The position numbers were made by a program, and so were the translations under genes. 64,000 bases of DNA from Mobula birostris (lineage: Eukaryota): assembly GCF_030028105.1 (NCBI RefSeq), contig NC_092380.1:70305717-70369716 (forward strand), given 5' to 3'. Below the pieces are notes generated by a model. That model was not told the DNA's origin. It was given only the letters and a program-made list of their open reading frames with translations, and did no database searches. Shown one piece after another: positions 39,401 to 51,400 of this stretch; within the stretch, counting starts at the first letter, position 1, and every line of letters begins with the position of its first letter.

Positions 39401-42400
39401 CGGCCCATCATAACTAAACAGTCAATTGTGCACAGAAGTTGGAGCTCATCTTGAGTTGTCTAATTCAGCACTGGACCCTCGGTCTGAGTGAAAACACACA
39501 CCGCCTTCCAAATGTCGCTTGAAATTCATCTCGAACAAACGCGATTTCCCACAGAAGTATTGGTCCTTCCTCCTGGAACCCATTCATCTGCACAAAGCAC
39601 CTTGTGCAACAGGAACAGCATCCTCAGCCATCTTCCTTCATGTCTTCTCTCAGTTCCTGCCAAAAAGACCTCAACCAACACCATTGCCCTTCAAAAAAAA
39701 CTCTCCACCCATCGTTCCCTAGAACTTCCCAATTCCACCATCCTGATTGGCTGACACCACATTGCTAAGGTCAACAACAAACTACCTTATCTCAGCTCAA
39801 ACCCAAACAGGCTGAAAGCAGAACAGACTGCTCTACAGAACTGCTGAAATGGAATATCTACAGCATAGCTGGTCGCACAGTGACATCAGCGCCGGACTCC
39901 GGAGCAAAGGTTCCCCAGTTCGAATCCAGTCGGGCATGCTTTCCATCCGTGCCGGGTTGAGTGTCGAGCTTGTAACTTGGCCTCGTAAAAAAAACTGTGC
40001 TGTGAGAAGGCCGTGGGGGACCACTCACAGAATCTTTCCTCCAAAACAATCACTTGGAAAAAAGTGGTCGCCAAGGCACTGGCAGAGTATGGCACACATA
40101 AAAAAAACAGCATAGCAGTAAAAATATTAACCAGGGTGTTACACTCTCCCCCCGCCGAAAATAGTCATGTCCTCATGACTTTGAAACTTATCAATCCATC
40201 ATTAACAACACAGTTTTCAAAGGAATTTCGTGGTGTCAGGACCTCCAATCCATTTGTGAATGGTAGTGATATATCTCACTGGGGGAAAGATGCAACACTC
40301 TGTTTCCCCAGTGCATCATAAGCCAGCCTATCTAAGGGTGTCCGAACTCTGAGACCTCCGTATCCCACCTTCAGTTATCTATTCCTTATCTTTTGGAATT
40401 ATTAAATGATTTTGGAAAATTTTCAGGATATAAACTTAATTTAAATAAAAGTGAATTGTTCCCTTTAAATGTTCTGTTTTTATATACAGGTGTCCCCCGC
40501 TTTTCGAACGTTCGCTTTACGAACCTCACTGTTACGAAAGACCTACATTAGTACCCTGTTTTCGCTAACAGAAGGTGTTTTCATTGTTACCAAAAAAGCA
40601 GCGTGCGAAACAAACAGCCCGTGATAAAAGGCCGTGCGCGCCCCGAGCAGCCGCTCTCCCCCGGATTCGGAACGGCATTCTCACCGGCATTGCTTAAACA
40701 TGTGCCTGTGAGCAGCCGTTTGCAAGTTGACTTCTATGGTATAGGTTTCCCCCGCCATCCGAAGGTACAGCGTTCCTATGAAACGGTTCATAAGCCGAAA
40801 TGTCGTAAAGCGAAGAAGCAATTACTGTTTATTTATATGGGAAAATTTTGTGAGCATTCGTAGACCCAAAAATAACCTACCAAATCATACCAAATAACAC
40901 ATAAAACCTAAAATAACAGTAACATATAGTAAAAGCAGGAATGATATGATAAATACACAGCTTATATAAAGTAGAAATACTTTTCCACAATCATTGCTCA
41001 ACTGTTCTCCGTAGCGAAAATCTCGCACAAGCGCCGTTGGCAGAAAATCTCACACAAGCGCTGTTGGCAAAAACACGGCGCAAGCGCTCTCCAGTAACCT
41101 TTAAGCTATGAAGCTGCCAAATTATACCAAATAACACATAAAAATACACAGCCTATATAAAGTAGAAATAATGCATGTACAGTGTAGTATCACTTACCAG
41201 AATCAGGACAGAGCCAAGCACACTGATGGTGGTGTGTTAGGCTGAGTCGTCGCAGGTTGGGTGGTGCAGTGGCCCCCACCCTCCGGGCCACCAGCCGATA
41301 CATTGTCGCAAAGCATGCAGGGGTCCAGCGGTAGCCGGGAGGCACACAGCACATCTTTAAGAAAAAAGCCTAAATAAACATGCTAATTAATTTAGTGCCA
41401 CCTGACACATAATTGTCGGCCCAAATCCGAGCCGATTTCCGATTTCGTCACCTCTGATCTGGGCCGACATTTACGTGTGGGGCGGCACCTAATTTATTAG
41501 CATGTTTATTTCGGCTTTTTTCTTAAAGATGTGCTGTGTGCCTCCCGGCTACTGCTGCATTCTCCGCGAATCAGTACAGTATCTGCCCGCGGCCTGGGTG
41601 TTGGGGTGGTGGGACACTGGGGTGTCATCTCATCGTCTGTTTCCATTAGAGCAAGCAGCTCATCTTCTCCTATGACTGCCCGCCTCGATGTCGAAGGTCG
41701 TGGTTCGTCGTCTGCTGTGGAAGGCTTGCTTGACTGCTGAGCCTCACGCATTTTTCAATCATACAGTTCTTTGTAAGGACTCAAAGAATCTTGCAAATAT
41801 CCCCTAAACCTACGTTCTCTTTCAAAATTAAAGTCTTACTTTATCATTACTCATTCGGTTTCGATTGTTATCCTTTCCTCTTCCAATTGCATCAGCTCTT
41901 CATCTATCAGTTCTTGATCATGGGATGCCAAAACCTCTTCAACATCATCTTCGTCAACCTCCACAAGCCAAACTCACTTTGTCCTTGCTTCGTTCACCAC
42001 GACTGAAACGCTTAATTATGTCTAGTTTTACGCTAAGTGTAACACCCTTATGAGCTCTTTCAGGCTTTTCTGACACCATAGAACTCATCTTGCAAACAAC
42101 TGCTCACGTGTTAAAGCAATCCCGTTCCAAATCCAGGTGAGAGCGGCTGCTCGGGGCGCGCGCTGCCTTTTATTGCGCGCTGAATTTTTTTCGTAACAAT
42201 GAAAACACCTTCTGAAAGCGAAAACAGGGTACTAATGTAGGTCTTTTGTAACAGTGAGGTTTCGTAAAGCAAATATTTGAAAAGCGGGGGACACCTGTAT
42301 TGGAAAAGCCTGAAAGAGCTTGTAAGAGTGTTACACTTAAAACTAGTTTTACACTGTAAAACTAGACAAAATTTTGCAATATTTTCAGGTTGGGCATTTT

Positions 42401-45400
42401 TTTAACAAAAATACGTTTCTACATTTCCATATATGCAAGAATCTGATTTGTTAGATACTATTTTGAATATGAATACTTTAGTGAGAGATTCCATTGGTAG
42501 AATTTATAATTTATTTTTACTACAAAAAGATAACCTCTCACTAAAGATTAAACAAGATTGGGACAGAGAACTTAATATGACTTCCGTTAATGAAGATTGG
42601 ATGCGAGTTCTGAAAATGGTTAATTCTTCTTCGATATGTGCCAATCATTGTTTAATTCAATTTAAAATTGTTCACCGTTATTATTTAACAAAGGAGAGGC
42701 TATCCAAAATACAAACCCCATTTCCAGAAAAGTTGGGATATTTTCCAAAATGCAATAAAAACAAAAATCTGTGATATGTTAATTCACATGAACCTTTATT
42801 TAACTGACAAAAGTACAAAGAAAAGATTTCTAATAGTTTTACTGACCAACTTAATTGTATTTTGTAAATATACACAGATTTAGAATTTGATGGCTGCAAC
42901 ATACAACAGAAGTTGGGACAGAGTCAAAATAAGATTGAAAAGTGCACAGAATATTCAAGCAACACTGGTTTGGAAGACTCCACATTAAGCAGGCTAATTG
43001 GTAGCAGGAGAGGTATCATGACTGGGTATAAAAGTAGCGTCCATCAAAGGCTCAGTCTTTGCAAGCAAGGATGAGTCGTGGCTCACCCCTTTGTGCCAAA
43101 ATTCATGAGAGAATTGTTAGTCAGTTCAAAAGGAACATTTCTCAATGCAAGATTGCAGAGAATTTAGGTCTTTCAACATCTACAGTACATAATATTGTGA
43201 AAAGATTCAGAGAATTCAGAGACATCTCAGTGCGTAAAGGGCAAGGTCGGAAACCACTGTTGAATGTGCGTGATCTTCGAGCCCTCAGGCGGCACTGCCT
43301 AAGAAACCGTCATGCTACTGTAACAATTATAGCCACCTGGGCTTGGGAGTACTTCGGAAAACCATTGTCACTCAACACAGTCCGTCGCCGCATCGAGAAA
43401 TGCAACTTGAAACTGTATTACACAAGGAGGAAGCCATACATCAACTCTATGCAGAAACGCCGGCGAGTTCTCTGGACCCAAGCTCATCTCAGATGGACCA
43501 AAAGACTGTGGAACCGTGTGCTGTGGTCAGATGAGTCTACATTTCAGCTAGTTTTCAGAAAAAACATGCATCGAGTTCTCCGTGCCAAAGATGAAAATGA
43601 CCATCCAGATTGTTATCAGTGAAAGGTGCAAAAGCCAGCATCTGTGATGGTATGGGGGTGCAGCAGTGCCCACGGCATGGGTGAGTTGCATGTATGTGAA
43701 GGTACCATTGACTCTGAGGCGTATAATTAGGATTTTAGAGAGACATATGTTGCCATCAAGGCGACATCTCTTTCCGGGACGTCCACGCTTATTTCAGCAG
43801 GACAATGCCAGACCACATTCTGCACAGGCTACAACAGCGTGGCTTTGTAGTGCGACGACAAACCAAGTTCTCAGAAGATTGATGCTGATGAGAGAGATAA
43901 GAGAGACAATGGAGAAACATTCAAAATGCTAATAAGAGAGAGAGATTAACGAGAAAGAAACACATTTCAGAATATTGACAGACCGGTTGCTTTGAACCTG
44001 AACTGTTTGAAGTTTGATGGACAGGCGATACCCCAGCAGGGGGATAAAAAGAACAGGTTTGCTAAGGCACGACACACACCACGAGATCACGAGATAACGA
44101 GACCCTGGAAGAGCAGTGTGCCCCCACAAGTTGGTAGGAGTTTGGAGGTCTGGTCGCGGGAACCGACCATAGACACACAGGGTGAAAAGGTACGATCAGC
44201 AGGAACCTGGTGTGTGTGTCCGCCCTTGCCTGGGTGCCGGGTTCACCGCAGAAGAACAGTCATATCCGGAACGGAGGGGTCACAGTCGGTGACCACAGAA
44301 GACATTAAAAGGGTTCACCCGAAAGCTAACTGCGAAGAACATCAAAGGTCTGTCTGAATCAGATTTGTATATTATCTCTCTCTCTCTCTCTAACGGCACA
44401 AGAGCGACTACTGCGAACTGTACTAAGCTGAACTGAACTCTGCGCCACTTGAGACTGATCATTTTACCCCTAGACTGCGATAGAGCTTGGGTGATTCCTA
44501 TTACCCTAGTTCTGTGTACATGTGTGTTTTATCATTGCTAACCTGTTGCATTTATATCCTTACGATTAGAATACTGTGTTGCTTATTTCTTTACTAAAAC
44601 TTTATTCGTTTCTGTTAACCAGACTCCAACTAAGTGGTCCATTTCTACTGGCTTGGCAACCCAGTTACGGGGTACGTAACATAAGTGGGGATCTCGTCCG
44701 CGATTTTGAACACCAAATTTGGGACTGGGTAAATTGATTGGGTTAAAATTCCCGAAAGAAAGGAAGGGCAAACAGCAGAAATGGTGATTGAGGAATTTCT
44801 AAAGGTGCCAACCTTGGAGGCATTAGAGGATGCCAGGAAATCAGAATTGGCAACTGTTGCCAAATGGTTGAATCTTTTTAAGGGGAAGTCGACAATGAGG
44901 ACAGAGCTATCATAGAGCATTATGTATCTAAAGGTGTGTTTCCCCAAGGGGAGCTGGAGGTGGTATCTATGGGCAAACCTGGTGGAGAAGCAGTACAGCT
45001 GCAGATTGAAAAATTGAGACTCGAGCACAAGTTCCGGTTAAAACAGCTGGAACGAGAAGAGAGGAACAGGCAGCGAGAGCGAGAAGAGAGGGACAGGCAG
45101 CTAGAGCGAGAAGAGAGGGACAGGCAGCTAGAGCGAGAAGAGAGGGACAGGCAGTTGGAGCGAAAAGAGAGGGACAGGCAGTTAGAGCGAGAAGAGAGAG
45201 TGAAACAGAGGGAAAGGGAATTTGAGCTGGAGAAGTTAAGGATGACACTAGCGCAGGGGCCCATGCCGAACCAAGGTGGAGGGTTCAGGGCGACCCAGGA
45301 TGTTAGGCTGGTTCCCCCATTTGACGAGACCGATGTTGATCGGTACTTTCTCCATTTTGAAAAAGTCGCTGCAAGTCAGGACTGGCCGAGGGGTAAGTGG

Positions 45401-48400
45401 GCTGTTTTGCTTCAGAGCGTACTTAAAAGAAGAGCTCAACAGGCTTACTCAGCATTGTCCGCAGAAGATGCCCAGAGGTATGATGTGGTGAAAGGGGCAA
45501 TACTCAGGATAAATGAGTTGGTCCCGGAGGCATACCGGCAGAGGTTCCAGAATGTGAGGAAGCAGTGGGGCCGCATGTATTTAGAGTTTGCCCGTGAGAT
45601 GCAGATGTATTGTGAGCGTTGGTGCGCCTCGAAAGGGGTCAATGGGGATTATGACAGACTGCTACAGCTAATACTGATTGAGCAGTTTAAAGGTTGTGTC
45701 CCTGAAGGTATGAGGCCCCATCTAGATAAGAGAGAGGCAGAAACCTTAGCCGCAACTGCTAAGTTAGCGGATGAATACGCGTTAACGCACAAAGTGAAGT
45801 TTACCCCGAATAAAAGCTACCAGAAGGGTAGTCAAGAGAGCGGAGAGAGTCCGCCAGAAAGTCAGAAAGTAAGCCAGGGACTAGTGAGAAGGATAAGGAA
45901 GACCGGGAACAGTTTGGTAGGAAGTCTCCTGGGGTCGTATGCTATAATTGTGGGAAAGCCGGACACTTTGCGTCCAGGTGCTTTGCCCCAAAGAAGGAGA
46001 CGGGGAAAGGAAAAACGACCGTTCCGACTGGCTGTATTGCGCCGGCAAACAAACCGCTAGGGGAGAAGAGGTCTGATAAAGTTCAGGAAGGGTGCGAGAA
46101 GTTTATCTCCGCCGGATTGGTGTCGGTGAAGGAGGGGTTAAACCCGGTTCCAGTACGGATCTGGAGAGACACTGCGGCTTATCAGTCATTGATCTTAAGG
46201 AGTGTTTTAGACTTTAGTTCAGAGACCCAGACTGGGGAGGTCAGGGTGATAAAAGGCATTGGGAAAGGGACTGAAGCAGTACCTTTGCACCAGATACACC
46301 TAAAAAGCGACTTGGTCTCCGGACCGGTCACGATCGGGGTGAGGCCCGAACTACCGATGGAAGATGTGGAGGTCTTACTCGGTAATGACCTCAGCAGCGG
46401 AAGTATGTTCTCAGCAGTAAAACTGACAGGCCAGCCTGCCAGCATTAAGGCTCCGCCCATGGACTCACAGGTTTATCCCGTTTGCGCAGTGACTCAGCGC
46501 ATGTCCAGAAAGGCTGCCGAAGCAAATATAGATTTAGCTGAGACGTTTTTACCAGCCTTGTACCAGGAGGAGGTTAGAAAGTGAGAAGAAGGGGCGTAGT
46601 GAAACGGACGTTGAGGTAGACTTGTCATTAGCAAGGAAGGAATTTATACAGGCACAGGAGCGAGATGAGGAGCTGATGGTTTTGGCGGAGACAGCTCTCT
46701 CCGAAGCAGAATTAAAAAGGGAGCCAGTGGGCTATTATGTGAAGGAGGGAGTACTAATGAGGAAATGGAGACCACGTACCGTGCCCGCAGATGAGGAATG
46801 GGGGGGGAGGGGGGTGCCGAAAATTTATGGGGATGAGATTTTTAACCTGGCCCACAAGATACCCCTCGGTGGACATTTTGGGGTGAGGAAAACAGTCAAT
46901 AGAATCATGAAAGAGTTCTACTGGGCGCACAGGAGGAAGGATGCTATTGACTATTGTAGACATGAGCTAACACAATTACAGGCTATTGATATGCTAACAG
47001 CTTGCCACGATAGGCTTGCAGACCTAGTCGGTGTTATCACGAAAATTAATGAGGCTAGAGTGCCACCTGATAAGGGGAAAGCCCATTTTGAAAAGATAAT
47101 TATGGTGCCGACCAGATGGGAGAAGTCTATTGTTTTGGCCAACTTTGCTGATGAGTTCTCTCACTTAGCCCCCGAACAGAACGAGCCGCTGAGAAAGATA
47201 ATTAACCGGCACGTACACGTATGTATGGATGTCCCGAGGCAATGCAAAGAGCCGGTACATGGTGTTGTTGTCACATCAGGTCAGCCTAGTAAGCAACGCC
47301 CCTGTAGGATGATTAATTCAGTGACAAAAGGGCTAAAGAACGCAGAAGCGTATATTGGTGATTTAGTGGTCTGGAGTGACACGTGGAAGGGGCACATCGT
47401 GGCAGTAGAGGAGCTGTTTAAAAAGCTGTTTGAAGCCAGCCTGACAGTGAACCTCGCAAAAAGTGAATTCGGCCATGGAAAGATCACTTATCTGGGATTT
47501 GTGGTAAGACAGGGGCCGCTGGAACCGGTGCAGGCTATCTCTGAAGTCCCCACCCCGACAGACAAGAGAACCCTGAGAAGGTTCTTGGGTATGGTGGGGT
47601 ACTATCGGAAGTTTTGCAAAAACTTTGCGGATATTACCCTCCCTCTTACTAAGCTCTTGCCAAAGAATGCTAAGTTTGTGTGGGACGGCCCTTGTTATAC
47701 TTGTCTGGGACGGAAACCACTGAGAATTTACACTGATCACAACCCACTAGTGTTTTTGGCCACTATGAAGGATAAAAACAAAAGGTTGCTAAGTTGGAGC
47801 CTGGTCTTAGAGGATATTAAAATAACACATATAAAAGGAACGGATAATGTGATTGCTGACTGTCTGTCAAGGTGTTGAAAACTTAAAGTTCTCCGTATTA
47901 GCCGAACAGCTGATGACCCTGCATATTAGTGTGTATCTAATAATGTATTCATGCTCATAATTTTTACCCCTGTAAAAATCCTTTGAAGGATAGGGGTGTG
48001 ACCACAAACCAAGTTATCAGAAGATTGATGCTGATGAGAGAGTTAAGACAGACAATGGAGAAACATTCAAAATGCTAATAAGAGAGAGAAATTAACGAGA
48101 AGGAAACACATTTCAGAATATTGACAGACCGGTTGCTTTGAACCTGAACTGTTTGAAGTTTGATGGACAGGCGATACCCCAGCAGGGGGACAAAAAGAAC
48201 AGGTTCGCTAAGGCACGACACACACCACGAGATCACGAGATAACGAGACCCTGGAAGAGCGGAGTGCCCCCACAAGTTGGTGGGAGTTTGGAGGTCTGGT
48301 CGCGGGAACTGACCATAGATGCACAGGGTGAAAAGGTACGATCGGCGGGAACCTGGTGCGTGTGTCCGCCCTTGCCTGGGTGCCGGGTTCACCGCGGAAG

Positions 48401-51400
48401 AACGGTCGTATCCAGAACGGAGGGGGTCACAGTCGGTGACCACAGAAGACATTAAAAGGGTTTGCCCGAAAGCTAACTGCGAAGAGCATTAAAGGTCTGT
48501 CTGAATCAGATTTGTATATTATCTCTAACGGCACAAGGGCGACTACTGCAAACTGTACTAAGCTGAACTGAACTCTGTGTCACTTAAGACTGATCATTTT
48601 ACCCCTAGACTGCGATAGAGCTTGGGTGATTCCTATTACCCTAGTTCTGTGTGCATGTGTGTTTTATCATTGCTAACCTGTTGCATTTATATCCTTATGA
48701 TTAGAATACTGTGTTACTTATTTCTTTAATAAAACTTTATTAGTTTCTGTTAAATAGTTTCTGTTAACCAGACTCCAACTAAGTGGTCCATTTCTGCTGG
48801 TTTGGCAACCCAGTTACGGGGTACGTAACAGTAGACACAGAGTGCGTGTGCTTGACTGGCCTGCTGCCAGTCCAGATCTATCTCCTATTGAAAATGTATG
48901 GCGCATCATGAAGAGGAGAATCAGGCAACGGAGACCATGGACTGTTGAGCAGCTGAAGTCTTATATCAAGCAAGAATGGACAAAATTTCCAATTGAGGAT
49001 ACTACAATTAGTATCCTCAGTTCCAAAACGATTAAAAAGTGTTATTAAAAGGAAAGGTGATGTAACACAATGGTAAACATGCCTCTGTCCCAACTTTTGT
49101 TGAGTGTGTTGCAGCCATCAAATTCTAAATTTGTGTATGTTTACAAAATACAATTAAGTTGGTCAGTAAAACTATTGAAGATCTTTTCTTTGTACTTTTG
49201 TCAGTTAAATGAAGGTTCACGTGAATTAACATATCACAGATTTTCGTTTTTATTGCATTTTGGGAATTATCCCAACTTTTCTGGAAATGGGGTTTGTATT
49301 TCCTAATATAGATAATTATTGTGATAGGTGCAAAAATGAAGTAGCTACTTTGTAACATATGTTCTGGTCATGTCCCTCATTGCAATCGTTTTGGAAATCT
49401 TTATTTTCTACAATTACTAAAGCTTTGAAAATTAATTTACAACCTAATACACTGACTGCTCTATTTGGAATAGTTCCGCATCATATTCCCAGTGTATTTC
49501 ATTTTCAAACCAACATGCAATTGCATTCGTTACATTGTTGGCAAGAAGGGCTATTTTATTGAAGTGGAAAGATACCTCTGCTCCTACACTAATTCAATGG
49601 TTTTCCCAAGTAATGTTATGTCTTAGTTTGGAAAAAATTAGAAGCAGAACTTTTAATCCCCGATTCGATTTTGAGAGAAGGTGGGGCTCTTTTGCCAAAT
49701 ATTATCATTTAATTTGAATTAATTTAAATGGTTTCCTTCCAATTTTATGTTATATAAATGTGATTTGGCGGTTGTTGTTTTCTTTTTATATATATATAAA
49801 AATGATTGTAAGACGTATTGCTCCGGGAGTTGGTTCCTAATGGTTTTTTTTTTCTTAGTGGTTTATTTTTCAGTTAGTTGGTGTTCTCTTTGTTCCTTCT
49901 TTTTCTTATATAATTTTTTCTTTCATTAGCATACATAAGGTTTTTTCCAGCTTTATTAATTATATATATACTAATTTGCTGAACTTCTGTATTATATAGC
50001 TGTAGAAGATTATATATCAATAAAAAGATTTTAAAAATGGAAAAATGTAAACGATGGAGAATACCACATCTTGTGGGTCATTAGAATACGTAGAGCAATT
50101 ATGTCATGTGACAATGTGCCCTTCACAACTTGCTCCATCAAGCAATTTCTCTCAGACAGGTGAAAGCCCCCTTTGTGGCACAAACAGTGCAGCAGCTTCC
50201 CCAACCTGAAAATGTAGTCAGACAACTTGTCTCCTTTCTTCCTCCTGGAATGTGTCTTTAAACTTCATCCTAAGATCCGCTGCACTTCCAGCAGTGCCAA
50301 AAGCATCTTTCAGAGCTTGCAGATAATTAGCTGATGTGGCCAATGGATTTTCTGCCTTGAGGAACCTCACCATATCAGCCGCTGGCCCCTTTGAACTCTC
50401 TACCAGTCTCAGTTTGTTTATGTTATCTCAGCAGTGCCATTCATCCAGTAACTGAATGAATGGTCTGCTCAGCCCAAGCCTCATATTCTTCCTCCCATCG
50501 GGTGTGGGCTTGACCCCAGAGAACACTCCCAACCTACAACAACTTCGGCTGTCACAGATATACTTCTGCATTTATCAACCACTAATGTAATAGCTGAAAC
50601 AAGCTCAGAATTTACATCAACAGCTGAAGGGCTCAGTAGATCTTTCACATCAGGCAAGTCCTTCTCCTCACTCTGTAGAAACGAGAGCAACTTTTCTTTA
50701 AAGTCTCTGCTCTCAGCTACAGGAAACTCAACGTCCAATTCCGCACTCGCCTACACTTCCGCTTCTCTGAAAGCATGGACAGCCCGTGCCCCTGCCTCTC
50801 CTGGGACCCCAATGATACCAGGCAGATCCACTCCCATCAAGTCATTGCTAGTCTGAACTAAAACCACATCTATACCTGTCATTCGGTCAAACTGCCGTCC
50901 CATGATCAACTTCCCCTAATATTTCAAGGTTACTTAAAACCCTTATCAATAATTCATCTGGGCTGCAGGTGTCCAAGAACACAAGCATCAGATAGGGGCA
51001 GTATCTTTGAATTGCACCAGCGCTTAATCCCTGCGCCATCCACAATCACGTATCTTAATCACTTTCCTAGACAGTAGTTAAACACAGGATTAAACACAAA
51101 CCCACTTTATCAATTCTCAGGGCAATCACACTACGTTCAATGAATTCAATCGAGGATGATAGCCCCTGCAATGAAACCCCTTTCTATTGGGCTCCTCTGG
51201 AAAGTCAGCTTGTTGGCCCCTTGCTAACAGCCACTGGACTCTGCGGCAAGGAAACCATTTTTCCCAGGCTCCGTACGTCTAGGGTGTATGCAACTTTGAT
51301 CCTGCTGAACCCAAGAGGTTGGGGTGTCTCGCCCACATGAATCCCAGTTTGTCTGAATACTGTGTGATTTACTGCCCCCCCCCCACCCCATCGTCGCTGG

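Larger units (their letters stand above)
40385..50040 (+). mobile_element. L1/Tx1-type LINE 3' part, interrupted by DNA transposons
   Basis: RT motif ELLNDFGKFSGYKLNLNKSELFPL at about 40395-40470; QFKIVHRYY..LSKI|FPNIDNYCDRC..HMFWSC (CCHC) rejoins across the Tc1 TA site; aataaa near 50020. Confidence 0.82.

Noticed and set aside
39870-39950. tRNA gene
   Set aside because: Has a B-box but continues into a SINE body with an A tail and a TSD; no cloverleaf.
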